Below, in pieces: positions 1 through 11,471 of a DNA stretch of 64,000 nt. Source of the stretch: Centroscyllium fabricii (taxonomy: Eukaryota); assembly GCA_051313645.2 (NCBI GenBank), contig JBNRSN020000005.1:156426001-156490000 (forward strand). The letters run 5' to 3'. Position numbers and translations under genes: made by a program. Below the pieces are notes generated by a model that was given only the letters and a program-made list of their open reading frames with translations, ran no database searches and had not been told where the DNA came from. Every line of letters starts with the position of its first letter. The stretch's first letter is position 1.

Positions 1-2598
1 ACATTAGTGGGAGTGGTATATAGACCTCCAAACAGTAATGCAGAGGTTGGGGATGGCATTAAAAGGGAAATTAGAGAAGCGTGCAATAAGGGCACAGCAG
101 TTATCATGGGTGACTTTAATCTACATATAGATTGGGCCAACCAAATTAGCAACAATGCTGTGGAGGAGGAATTCCTGGAGTGTATACGGGATGATTTCCT
201 GGACCAATATGTCGAGGAACCAACTCAAGATCAGGCCATCTTGGACTGGGTATTATGTAATGAGAAAGGATTAATTAGCAATCTTGTTGTGTGAGACCCC
301 TTGGGTCAGAGCGATCATAACATGATAGAATTCTTCATTAAGATGGAGAGTGAAGTAGTTGACTCAGAGACTAGGGTCCTGAATTTAAATAAAGGAAACT
401 ACGATGGTATGAGACGCGAGTTGGGTACGATTGATTGGGGAATGTTACTCAAAGATTGACGGTGGTTAGACAATGGCAAACATTCAAAGATCGCATGGAT
501 GGACTACAGAATTTGTTCATCCCAGTTTGGCATAAAAATAAAACAAAAATGGTGACCCAACCTTGGCTAACAAGGGAAATTAGGGATAGCATAAGATCCA
601 AGGAGAGGACATATAAATTGGCCAGAAAAAGCAGTAAACCTGAGGATTGGGAGCAGTTTAGGATTCGGCAAAAGATGACAAAGGGATTTATTAAGAGGAG
701 GAAAACAGCATGAGCGTAAGCTTGCTGGGAACATAAAACCTGACTGTAAAAGCTTTTATAGATACATGAAGAGAAAAAGATTGGTGAAGTCAAGCGTAGG
801 TCCCTTGCAGTTAGAATCAGGGGAATTTATAATGGGGAACAAAAAAATGGCAGACCAATTGAATACATACTTTGGTTCTGTCTTCACAAAGTAGGACACA
901 AATAACCTCCCAGAGTTGTCGATGAACATAGGTTCTAATGAAAGGGAGGAACTGAATGAAATCAGTATTTTTAGGGAAATGGTGTTAGGGAAATTGACAC
1001 GATTGGAGGCCGATAAATCCCCAGGACCTGATAATCTGCATCCTAGGGCACTTAAGGAAGTCGCCCTAATAATAGTAGATGCATTGCTGGTCATCTTCCA
1101 AAATTCAATAGACTCTGGAACAGTACCCATGGATTGGAGGGTAGCTAATGTTACCCCACTACTCAAAAAAGGTGGTAGAGAGAAAACGGGGAATTATAGA
1201 CCGGTAAGCCTGACATCGGTCGTGGGGAAAATGCTGGAGTCCATTATAATAGATGTAATAGCAGAGCACTTGGAAAACAGTGAACGGATCGGACAAAGTC
1301 AACATGGATTTACAAAGGGTAAGTCGTGCTTGACTAATCTACTGGAATTTTTTGAGGATGTAACTGGTAAAATAGATAAGGGAGATCCAGTGTATGTGGT
1401 GTATTTAGACTTTCAAAAGGCGTTCGATAAAGTCCTGCATAAGAGATTAGCATGTAAAGTTAAGGCACATGGGATTGGGGGCAAGGTATTGACTTGGATA
1501 GAGAACTGGTTGGCAGACAGGAAGCGAAGAGTTGGAATAAATGGGTCCTTTTCCAAGTGGCAAGCAGTGACTAGTGGGATGCCACAGAGATCGGTCCTTG
1601 GACCCCAACTATTAACAATATATATTAATTATCTAGACAAGGGAACTAGATGTAATATCTCCAAGTTTGCAGACGACACAAAGCTGGGTGGGCGTGTGTG
1701 CTGTGAGGAGGATGCCGAGAAACTCCAGTATGATTTGGGCAGGTTGGGTGTGTGGGCAGAAGCATGGCAGATGCAATATAACGTGGATAAATGCGAGGTT
1801 ATCCACTTTGGTGTCAAAAATAGGAAGGCAAATTATTATCTGAATGGCAATAGATTGGGAGAAGGGGAAGTGCAAGGGGATCTGGGTGTCCTTGTGTGCC
1901 AGTTGCTGAACGTAAGCATGCAGGTGCAGCAGGTGGTTAAGAAGGCAAATGCTATGTTGGCCTTCGTAGCGAGAGGGTTTGAGTACAGGAGCAAGGATGT
2001 CTTGCTGCAGTTGTACAGGGCCTTGGTGAGACCACATCTTGAGTATTGTGTGCAGTTTTGGTCACCTTATCTGCGGAAGGATGTTCTTGCCATGGAGGGA
2101 GTGCAGCGAAGATTCACCAGACTGATACCTGGGATGGCAGGAGTGACGTATGAGGAGAGATTTGGTTGATTGAGCTTATACTCTCTGGAGTTTAGAAGAA
2201 TAAGAGAGGATCTCATTGAAACTTATAAAATTCTAACAGGACTAGACAGACTAGATGCAGGAAGGATGTTCCCGATGGTCGGGGAGTCCAGAACCAGGGG
2301 TCACAGTCTAAGGATAAGGGGTTAGCGATTTAGGACAGAGATAAGGAGGAACTTCTTCACCCAGAGAGTGGTGAACCTGTGGCATTCTCTGCCACAGAAG
2401 ACCATAGAGGCCAATTGATTAAATATATTCAAGAAGCAGTTGGATATATTTCTTAAGACAAAAGGGATCAAGGGATATGGGGAGAAGGCAGGAAAAGGAT
2501 ACTGAGTTTGGATGATCAGCCATGATCTCATTGAATGGTGCAGCAGGCTTGAGGGGCCGAATGGCCTACTCCTGCTCCTATCTTCTATGTTTCTATGT
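1..2598 (+). mobile_element. CR1 LINE, ORF2 region to 3' tail, running off the left edge; degenerate
   Basis: APE endonuclease motifs (VYRPP, IMGDFN) at 7-294 and RT ([19 protein letters not shown]) at 916-2169, broken by stops. Ends in a TTCTATGT-type tail at about 2581-2598. Confidence 0.95.
916..2169 (+). pseudogene. CR1 ORF2 reverse transcriptase segment
   Basis: 417-aa ORF with NYRPVSLTS, QHGF, DFQKAFD and FADD motifs; in-frame stops on both sides. Confidence 0.92.
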
Positions 2599-2785
2599 AA
2601 CATCACTAAAGCAGATTATTTGGTCATTATCACATTGCTGTTGGTGGGAGCTTACTGTACGCAAATTGGCTGCCGCGGTTCCTACATTACAACAGTGACT
2701 ACACTTCAAAAAGTACTTCATTGGCTGTAGAGCGCTTTGGTGCATCTGGTGGTCGTGAAAGGTGCTATAGAAATGCAAGTCTTTT
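2599..2785 (+). mobile_element. Deu-domain SINE (SacSINE1/AmnSINE1-like), 3' half
   Basis: CACATTGCTG..GGGAGCTT..CAAATTGGCTGCC..CTACATTACAACAGTGACTACACTTCAAAA..GAAAGGTGCTATAGAAATGCAAG; recurs many times in this window. Confidence 0.8.
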
Positions 2786-2948
2786 TACTGCAGCACAGAA
2801 GGAGGCCATTCGGTCCATCAAGTCTGCGCCGACTCTTTTGAAGAGCAATCCAGTTAGCCCCGCTCTTTCCCTTATCCATGCAATATTTTCCCTTCCAGCA
2901 TTTATTCAAATCTCTTTTGACGACTACTATTGAATCTGAATCCATCAC

Positions 2949-3114
2949 TAATGTTCCCTGTAAGCTGCACATCTGTGCAGTGCTCCAGGGACCCAGCACT
3001 GCCGGTTTGACGGCTTTTCAATGAGGAAATCCGCGCACGAGCTGTATTTTGACTGCCCACACAGAACCCCGTAAAGAGCCCGCGTGGCGCCAAGAAAGAT
3101 TACGGTGAACATTG
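2949..3114. mobile_element. Short hAT-type MITE
   Basis: Degenerate TIRs AATGTTCCCTGTAA ... TTACGGTGAACATTG; same family as 49097-49241. Confidence 0.55.
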
Positions 3115-3134
3115 AGTGACACTGAAATCTGTCT

Positions 3135-3398
3135 TAGGGTTGCCAACCCTCCAAAATTGTTCTGGATTCTCCAAGACATAAAAGTTAATCCCTTAGACAC
3201 TGATGTGTGCAAAATTCATAGGGGCGTTAACAAAAAAATGGTGTGTTTTTATCATTTTCTTTGAACACTTGTTTATTAGTTGTAAAAATACTGGAGAAGG
3301 GGGTGGGAAAAGGCTGTTTGACAGGGTGGGGCAGTTTGAGTTGGGAGGTCATGTGATGAAGCCTCAAGCAATATGTCCAATCAGAGTTGGCAACCCTA
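3135..3398. mobile_element. hAT-like MITE
   Basis: Perfect 13-bp TIRs TAGGGTTGCCAAC / GTTGGCAACCCTA. Confidence 0.75.
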
Positions 3399-3644
3399 AT
3401 TCTGGCTTGGTATCTGAAGAACGGGAGTGATGAATACAGTTAACCCCCTGAGACACTACCTTTTGATGTCAAACAATGAGTTTGCTCATAAACTTCCAAC
3501 TGACAGGTTTACCTATTATTTATCATAAAGGCAGGGTTTTAGTGCTGTATAAATGCAAGTTGTTGTTGTTTGGGGTGATTCCAAGCTGTAATGTTATGTT
3601 TTTTTGTGATTTGAAGAACAGGGGTGTAAAAAAAATAACCAAGC

Positions 3645-4455
3645 TATTAAAATTCTCGTCCTTGTTTTCAAATCACTCCACGGCCTCGCCGCTCCCTATC
3701 TCTGTAATCTCCTCCAGCCCGACAACAGATTGAGAGCTCGGCGCTTCTCTAATTCTGGCCCCTCGAGCATCCCCGATTTTAATCGTTCCACCACTGGCAG
3801 CTTGAGGTCCGAATTTCTTCCTTAAATCTCTCTGCCTCTCCACTTCCCTTTCCTCCTTTTAAGATGCTCCTTGAAACCTACCCCTTTGACCAAGCTTCTG
3901 TCCTAATTTCTCCTTCTGTGGCTCTGTGGTAAACCACTGTTTCCTTGTATATACCCACCCCATTATGTATCTCTATAATCGTACCTATATTCATGTTGTA
4001 CATAACCTGTTGTGCGATTACCTGGACATGCCCATGCTGGCTCCGCCCGCGATTCCTCCATCCCAGGAGGAGGTATATAAGCGGCCGTCTCCCATCCCCC
4101 AGCCATTCCTGGGGACGGTCGACTAGCTGGTGCATGTCCACCATTGAGCGAATAAAAGCCGTATTGTTAATAACCTGTTGTGCGATTACCTGGACATGCC
4201 CATGCTGGCTCCGCCCGCTACTCCTCCCTCCCAGGAGGAGGTATATAAGCGGCCGTCTCCCATCCCCCAGCCATTCCTGGGGACGGTCGACTAGCTGGTG
4301 CATGTCCACCATTTAGCGAATAAAAGCCGTATTGTTTCACCCTTCTAACTACTCGTCCACGAGGTCGTTATTTCGGTCACAGGCTCGGCATCAGATTTTG
4401 ATTGATAATCGCTCCTGTGAAGTGTCTTGGGAAGTTAAAGAGGCTATATCAATTC
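3645..4455 (+). mobile_element. L2 LINE 3' end, split by a solo LTR
   Basis: Similar to the L2 3' ends at 13730-14195, 27715-28295 and 52100-53290; sequence resumes after the GGCTC TSD. Confidence 0.75.
3925..4381 (+). mobile_element. Solo LTR with an internal 168-bp tandem duplication
   Basis: TGTGG...CACA ends, 5-bp TSD GGCTC (3920-3924 and 4382-4386). TATA (TATATAA) and AATAAA each occur twice; units start at 4002 and 4170. Confidence 0.88.
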
Positions 4456-4513
4456 AAATTGGTGTGGGATTTGGAAAGCAATTCCTCAATATTGCATTGA
4501 TTATGTGCTCAAG

Positions 4514-5400
4514 TGTCAGCTCTGGCTCAGCGGTGGTGCTCTCACCTCTGAGTTAGAAGGTCGTGGGTTGAAGCCAAGGTCGTGGGTTGAAGCCAGACTC
4601 GAGCGCACAATCTCGGCTGACACTTCAGTGCCGTATGGAGGCGCTGTTTCTGGATGTGACCTTAAACTAAGATCCCATTTAGCTTATCAGGTGGAAGTGA
4701 AATTAAAAGATCCCACGGCACTATTTAAAGAAGAGCAGAGGAGCGCTCCCTGGTATCCTGCCCAACATTTATCCCTCACCCAATATCAAGTTCAAGTTCA
4801 ATTTTATTGTCACATGTACTAAATACAATCTAGACAGTGAAATGCTTATTTGCTATCCGAACGCACCGCGCAACAAGGACATTAAGCTGCCCGGCATGCA
4901 CGAGCCCGCAAGACATCGGCCATTCTCCGGCGCCATCATCGTGGGTCCCGATTCTGCTCCGGCCTCTCAGTTCGATGTTAATTGTCCTCTCCCGCTCCGT
5001 TAACTTGCTCTGCTGTTGTTTCTTCCGTCGTTTCGCGTGACTTGAATCCTTTCGCCCCGACACCTTGGCCAGCTCCCTCGAATCCATGGAGCTCCAAACT
5101 CCGGAGCAGCGTCCCAAGGCCTGGGGTCTAGCTCTCCCCCAGGCGCCGTCCTGGCTCCCCCGAGCACCGAACTCCGGGCCTGAGGCCTGGGGCCTAGCTC
5201 TCGGCCCGGCGCCATCACCGGATCCCCCCCGAGTCCTCGCCGCTCACCGACCGGGCTCCCTCCCGGCGCTCCCGATAGCGGATGGTGGCCGATCCGAGCA
5301 AATTAACTTTGCATCGAGGAGCGGCCGCCCGAATCATACTGAAACAGATGATCTGGTCATTTATCAATTGGCTGCCGCTTTTACCTATATTACAAAAAGA
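4514..5400 (+). mobile_element. Deu-domain SINE with tRNA-like head, interrupted at about 4786-5331
   Basis: A-box TGGCTCAGCGG and B-box-like GGGTTGAAGCC (locally duplicated). Body resumes at ACTGAAACAGATGATCTGGTCAT. Confidence 0.7.
4786..5331 (-). mobile_element. GC-rich non-coding retroposon with Rex1-type (TTGAAC)n tail
   Basis: Minus strand ends ACATGTGACAATAAAATTGAACTTGAACTTGA; its 3' ~170 nt match 50100-50278. Confidence 0.65.
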
Positions 5401-5712
5401 ACTGGGCTGTATTTGATTTCACTGAAAGCATTAATTTTCCTGTGAGTTTCATTGTTTTAACATGCCCCAGTGCTCACACTAATTCACTTTAGCATTTGCA
5501 CAGGTTTTAATTGGTCAGTTATTTTGGGCAACACTGAATGCTGACAGAAACAGTTCTCGGCCTGGTTTTAACTCAGGGTGGGAGTCGGGCCCTGGCCTTG
5601 GCTGCGTGACGCCTGGCGGATTTGAAACCCCGCCACTCACCTGCTCGAAAGCGACGGGAAGTGGCAGGAAGGGAGTTTGGGATAGCCTCGTGATTTGGTG
5701 GGGAAGAAAAAA

Positions 5713-6105
5713 ACAAAGATTCGCATTTACACAGCGTCTTTCACAACCTCATGACGTCCCAAAGCACTTTACAACCAATGAAGTACTTTTCAAGTGTAGT
5801 CACTGTTGTAATGTGGGAAACGCAGCAGTCCATTTACACACAGCAAAATGCCACAAATAACAATATGATCATGACCAGATAATCTGTTTTTTTTTTGTGG
5901 TGTTGATTGTGGGGTACATATTGACCCGGATACCAGGGATAACTCCGCTGCTCCTCTTCGAAATAGTGCCCTGGGATCTTTTGCATTCAGCTGAGAGGGA
6001 AGACGGTATCTTGGTTAAACATCTCATCTGAAAGACGGCACCTCTGACAGCGCAGCGCTCCCTCATGCACTGGACTGTCGGCCTGGATTTTTGTGCCCAA
6101 GTCTG
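5713..6105 (-). mobile_element. Deu-domain SINE
   Basis: Reverse complement of the SINE body and tail seen at 2599 and 51130-51495. Confidence 0.75.
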
Positions 6106-6705
6106 ACATGAGAGAGGGCCTGGGACAGGGAAGTCCTGCTCCTCTGGTTCCCACAAGAGAAGTGTTTTTTTTAAAAGCACGAATCGACCTACCTTTTTGG
6201 ACCTCTTCTGGCTCCGACTCCTCTTCCCGCTAGGTTGACCTTGTGGTTAATCCGCAATGACTCCCACCTGTGAAAACTGCCAGTTAAAATAGCAGTTGGA
6301 GTCTGATCTTCACATTTAAAGAAGTCAGGCATCCATTCCGCTTGCTCAGAAGAGCAGAACTTGGAGCCTGTGGGCCGATTTTAACTGCCCGCCCACAGTG
6401 CCCAGTTTACGCTTGTTTGAGAGCCTTCATTTTCAAATTTTGATATTTATATTTTGATATGTTGGCACTTTTTTCTATTTTACAATGGGTTTTTAAAAAG
6501 TATTTCCCACAAATGTTACCAGGACGCCCCTGTTTGACAAATGTCCACCGATGCTGTGGTTTTGTGTTGCACAGCCAACACCATGTTTGAGTTGGTTTCC
6601 AGTTCACTTCAAGCCAGTTGAGCTGTTGCAATCATAATTCCAGAAGGCCACAGTTTTCCCTTTTTTTTTGTTGACTAATCTTTATGTAACCGTTACATTC
6701 GTGAC

Positions 6706-8339
6706 ATAGAACATAGAACATAGAACATACAGCACTGTACAGGCCCTTGGGCCCTCAATGTAGTGCCGCCCTTAGTCCATCTCTGATTTTTCCTATCCCC
6801 CCTACTGTTCCTTCCCCTCCATGTACCTGTCTATCATCCTTTTAAAAGCACCCAGACTGTCCGCATCCACTATTTCAGATGGTAGCCTATTCCATTCCTC
6901 GACCACTCTCTGTGTAAAGAACCTGCCCCTGCCATCCCTTCTGAATCTTCCTCCTTGAATCTTGTGCTCGTGTCCTCTTGTTGACGTTCTTCCCGCCCGG
7001 GGAAACAGTCTTTGCACGTTTACTCTATCGATCCCCTTCATCATTTTAAACATCTCTATCAAGTCCCCCCTCTTCCTTCTCCGTTCCAGGGAGAAGAGTC
7101 CCAGCTCCCTCAACCTCTCCTCGTATGACTTTCCTCCCATTCCCGGCAGCATCCTGGTGAATCTCCTCTGCACCCTCTCCAGCGCCTCCACATCTCTCCT
7201 GTAGTACGGTGCCCAGAACTGCACACAGTACTCCACGTGTGGCCTCACCAGTGACCTGTACAGCTGCAGCATGACCTCCCGGTTCTTAAACTCTATTCCC
7301 CTGTTGATGAAGGCCAATACACCATAGGCCTTTTTCACTGCTTTGTCCACCTGGGTGGCAGCCTTCAGTGATCTGTGTACATATACTCCCAGATCCCTTT
7401 GCTCCTCTGCTTCACTCAGGATCCTGCCATTGACCCTATATTCCCTCTTCCTATTTGCCCTGCCGAAGTGCATCACCTCGCATTTCCCCGTGTTGAACTC
7501 CATTTGCCATTCTTCAGCCCAGCTCTGCATCCTGTCTATATCCCTCTGAATCTTTCTACCTCCTTCCTCCTCATCCACTTCTCCCCCTATCTTTGTGTCA
7601 TCCGCAAACTTGCTGACCCACCCCTCAGTCCCCTCCTCCAAGTCATTGATGAAGATTACAAACAGTAGTGGCCCCAACACTGACCCCTGTGGTACCCCAC
7701 TGGTGACCGGTCTCCAGCCCGAGTATTGGCCTTCTACCACTACCCTCTGCTTCCTTTGAGCCAGCCAGTTCTCAATCCATCCCACCACTTTGTTGCTTAC
7801 CCCGCATCTCCTTACTTTCCTCATAAGCCGACCGTGCGGGACCTTGTCGAACGCCTTGCTGAAGTCCATATATATGACATCAACCGCCTTTCCCTCGTCC
7901 ACACTCCTGGTCACCTCTTCAAAGAATTCTATCAGGTTGGTCAGGCACGATTTGCCTTTAACGAATCCGTGCTGACTGCTTCTGATTAATTCGCCCCTGT
8001 CTAGATGGTCGTAGATCCTGTCCTTCAGGACCCTTTCCATCACCTTTCCGACCACTGAGGTGAGACTGACTGGTCTGTAGTTCCCTGGCGCGTCCCTGCT
8101 CCCCTTTTTAAATATGGGAGCCACATTCGCCTCTCTCCAGTCCTTAGGGACTATCCCCGAGGATAGCGATGATCTAAAGATAGAGGTCAGTGGCTCTGCG
8201 ATTTCTTTCCTCGCCTCCCAGAGAATCCTTGGATAAATCCCGTCTGGCCCAGGAGATTTGTCTACCTTTAGTTTCTCCAAAATTTCTAATACCTCCCCCC
8301 TCTGAATATTTACTTTCCCCATCTTTTCCCCTTGTATCT
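6706..8339 (-). mobile_element. Young 5'-truncated CR1 LINE, a different subfamily from the other CR1 copies
   Basis: (TTCTATG)n tail at about 6706-6729, uninterrupted RT ORF, flanked by TGAC at 6702-6705 and 8340-8343. Confidence 0.93.
6802..8322 (-). CDS. CR1 ORF2 C-terminal half (RT); open frame, 5'-truncated
   Basis: 506 aa with no stop; SPGPDG, NYRPVSLTS, DFSKAFD, GVPQGSVLGP and KFADD motifs. Confidence 0.88.
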   Translation of the reverse strand: MGKVNIQRGEVLEILEKLKVDKSPGPDGIYPRILWEARKEIAEPLTSIFRSSLSSGIVPKDWREANVAPIFKKGSRDAPGNYRPVSLTSVVGKVMERVLKDRIYDHLDRGELIRSSQHGFVKGKSCLTNLIEFFEEVTRSVDEGKAVDVIYMDFSKAFDKVPHGRLMRKVRRCGVSNKVVGWIENWLAQRKQRVVVEGQYSGWRPVTSGVPQGSVLGPLLFVIFINDLEEGTEGWVSKFADDTKIGGEVDEEEGGRKIQRDIDRMQSWAEEWQMEFNTGKCEVMHFGRANRKREYRVNGRILSEAEEQRDLGVYVHRSLKAATQVDKAVKKAYGVLAFINRGIEFKNREVMLQLYRSLVRPHVEYCVQFWAPYYRRDVEALERVQRRFTRMLPGMGGKSYEERLRELGLFSLERRRKRGDLIEMFKMMKGIDRVNVQRLFPRAGRTSTRGHEHKIQGGRFRRDGRGRFFTQRVVEEWNRLPSEIVDADSLGAFKRMIDRYMEGKEQ

Positions 8340-8707
8340 TGACGTATCGTCAATAAGACTAAAGACGAGTAGTTACCTTAACTACAGGCTTTTATTAACT
8401 TAAAGATGAAGCTAATCTCCAGTTGAACATCAGGCACAAAATGACTGGGGGCAGGGCAGACCTCACCTATAAGGCTCCCACCTGAGGGGAGGAGTTAGAG
8501 GTGTGGCTGACCTGGCCTTACAACAGTGTTCTACATACAATACACCAAGCAACTATATACATTGGTCATGTGGTGCAATACAACTACAATAGAACTATAT
8601 ACAGTGGTAATATGATTACCACATTCACCCCTTCTTTGAGAATGAGTCCGGCGGGGTGAATGGAACAGAGCAGTGCAAAAAAAAATTGTGTCCGTATCAG
8701 CAATGTT

Positions 8708-11471
8708 CTATAAGTCTTTCCGGTGGTCGTGTCTGTCGTGACGGCCGCCAGGGTTCCGGTAGCGGCGCTGGTGCCGGTTGTGGTGACGGGGTCGGGTCCT
8801 CCGGCAACAGTGCCTGCAGCGTGGCGTCCGGCCCTGGGTTGTCGGCCGATAGCGTTGAGGGCCCCGGTGTGTGTGTGTATGTAGGCCAGTATTCGGTGGA
8901 TGTTGGTTGGTATGTAGGCCAGTGTTCGGTGGTTGGTCGGGCTGAGGCTCGACCGGGGGTTCTGCTCTAGTTCTCCCGGTGGGCGCCAGGTCTCTGATCG
9001 AAACTGTGTCCTCGCGCCCATCCGGGAATTGCACGTAGGCATACTGCGGGTTGGCGTGCAGCAGCTGCACCTTTTCCACCAGGGGGTCGGTCTTATGGCC
9101 GCGGACATGTTTTCTAAGTAAGACTGGCCCCGGCGTCGTGAGCCACAGTGGGAGTGCTGTCCCCGAAGTTGACTTCCTGGGGAAGGAAAATAACCGGTCG
9201 TGAGGTGTAGCGTTTGTAGCCGTACACAGCAGAGAGTGGATGGAGTGGAGCGCGTCTGGGAGAACTGCCTGCCAACGGGAAACTGGAAGGCCTCTGGACT
9301 TCAGGGCCAGGTTGACCGCCTTCCAGATGATCCCGTTCTCCCTTTCTACCTGGCCATTCCCCCGGGGGTTGTAACTGGTCATTCTGCTTGAGGCAACCCC
9401 TTTCTGAAGCAGAAACTGACGCAGTTCGTCGCTCATGAACGACGACCCCCGGTCGCTATGGATGTAGCTGGGGAGACGGAAAATGGCGAACAGCGTGGGG
9501 AAGTGTCTTATCACCGTTGCGCTCGTCATATCTGGGCAGGGGAAGCGGGAGAACTCGTCCACGACCGTGAGGAAGTACGAGTTGCGGTCAGTGGAGGGGA
9601 GGGGGCCTTTGAAGTCCATGTTCAAAGGGGCGGGTGGTCTTGATGACGTGCGCCGTGTCTGGCCTGTAAAAGTGGGGTTTGCACTCGGCACAGACAGGGC
9701 ACTCTCTGGTCATAGCCTTAATCTCCGTGATGGAGTAGGGAAGGCTACGAGATTTTATGAAATGGGTGAGTCTGGTGACACCCGGGTGGCAGAGGCGATC
9801 ATGGAGGGCCTTCAGCCGGTTCAGCTGGGCGCTGGTGCACGTTCCCCTGGACAGAGCATCCGGGGGTTCGTTGAGTTTGCCTGGGCGGTAAAGAATGTCA
9901 TACTCGTAAGTCGAGAGTTCGATCCGCCACCGCAGGATCTTATCATTCTTGATCTTACCCTTTTGTTTATTGTTAAACATAAACGCGACCGACCGTTGGT
10001 CGGTGAGCAGGGTAAAACGCTTACCGGCCAGGTAATGACGCCAGTAGCGCACTGCCTCCACGATGGCCTGGGCCTCCTTTTCCACTGCTGAGTGGCGAGT
10101 TTCGGGTCCCTGTAGGGTCCGGGAGAAAAACGCTACGGGCCTGCCTGCCTGGTTCAGGGTGGCGGCAAGGGCGAAGTCCGAAGCGTCACTCTCCACCTGG
10201 AAAGGGATGGACTCATCAACGGCGTGCATGGTCGCCTTGATGACGTCTTCCTTAATCAGGGCAAATGCCGTTTGGGCTTCTACCGAGAGGGGGAAGACGT
10301 CAGCCTTGAGGAGCGGCCTGGCCTTATCCGCGAACTGGGGAACCCATTGCACGTAATAGGAAAAAAATCCTAGACATCTCCTCAGGGCTTTGGGGTTGTG
10401 AGGTAGGGGCAGTTCCTGTAAGGGAAGCATACGCTGTGGGTCGGGGCCGAGGACCCCGTTTTCCACCACGTAGCCGAGGATGGTGAGCCGATCTGTACTA
10501 AAGACACACTTGTCTTTATTGTATGTGAGATCGAGCCGTATCGCCGTGTTGAGAAATTTGGCAAGGTTGGCATCGTGGTCCTGCTGGTCATGGCCGCAGA
10601 TGGTCACGTCGTTCAGGTAGGGGAAGGTGGCCTGCAACCCGTTTTGGTCAACCATACGGTCCATCTCCCTTTGGAATACCGAAACCCCGTTGGTCACACC
10701 GAAGCGGACCCGGAGGAAGTGGTAGAGCCGACCGTTCGCCGCGAAGGCGGTGCACTGGCGGTCGGATTTCCGGATTGGGAGTTGGTGATACGCCGACTTA
10801 AGGTCGATTGTTGAAAAAACCGTATACTGGGCGATCTGGGGAAGGGGGTCGGCGTCGAGCCCCGTGTAGCGGTTAATTATCTGGCTGTAATCAATTACCA
10901 TCCGCAGTTTCTCGGGCTGGGCCCGCCAGGGGCTGGTGCTGGCCTCAATTATCCCCTCTTGCAGCATACGCCCGACTTCCGACCTGATAAATGCCCGGTC
11001 CCCTGCACTGTAACGCCGACTCTTGGTAGCAATAGGTTTGCAGTTGGGGTCGAGGATGGCGAACAGCGAGGGGTGGTCGACTTTCAGGGTGGATAGGCTG
11101 CAAGTCGGGCTCCGCTTTAGGAAGGGATTGTCCCGGCTACTGACGGTGAGGGGGGCCAGGGTCCCGCCGAACTCCATTGTCACGCTCTTCAGGTGGCACT
11201 GGAAATCCAGTCCCAGTAAGACTGGGGCGCACAACTGCTGGAGGATGTACAGTTTAAAATTACGGTACACACAGTCCCTGACCGTGAGCGTGACGGAGCA
11301 GTAGCCGGTGATGTCCGCCGTGTGGGACTTTGAGGCAAGGGAGATTTGGTAGCGCGTGGGCAGGGTCCGCAGTGCGTAGCGCCGCACTGTGTCGGGGTGG
11401 ATGAAGCTCTCTGTGCTTCCGGTGTCGAACAGGCAATTAGTAATGTGACCGTCCACTTTAATCCCCATCAT
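8708..11471 (-). pseudogene. Gypsy 1 pol (protease, RT, RNase H, integrase) with deletions and a frameshift
   Basis: LFDTGS protease; IDLKSAYHQ and YLND (mutated YxDD) in RT; ESDASD RNase H; HHCC and DFKGP...SDRG...E integrase. Split over ORFs 9588-11471 and 8708-9691. Confidence 0.9.

Noticed and set aside
8330-8345. Apparent lack of TSD for Gypsy 1, suggesting an inter-element recombinant
   Set aside because: The TSD ATTCG is recovered at 6697-6701, beyond the CR1 insertion.
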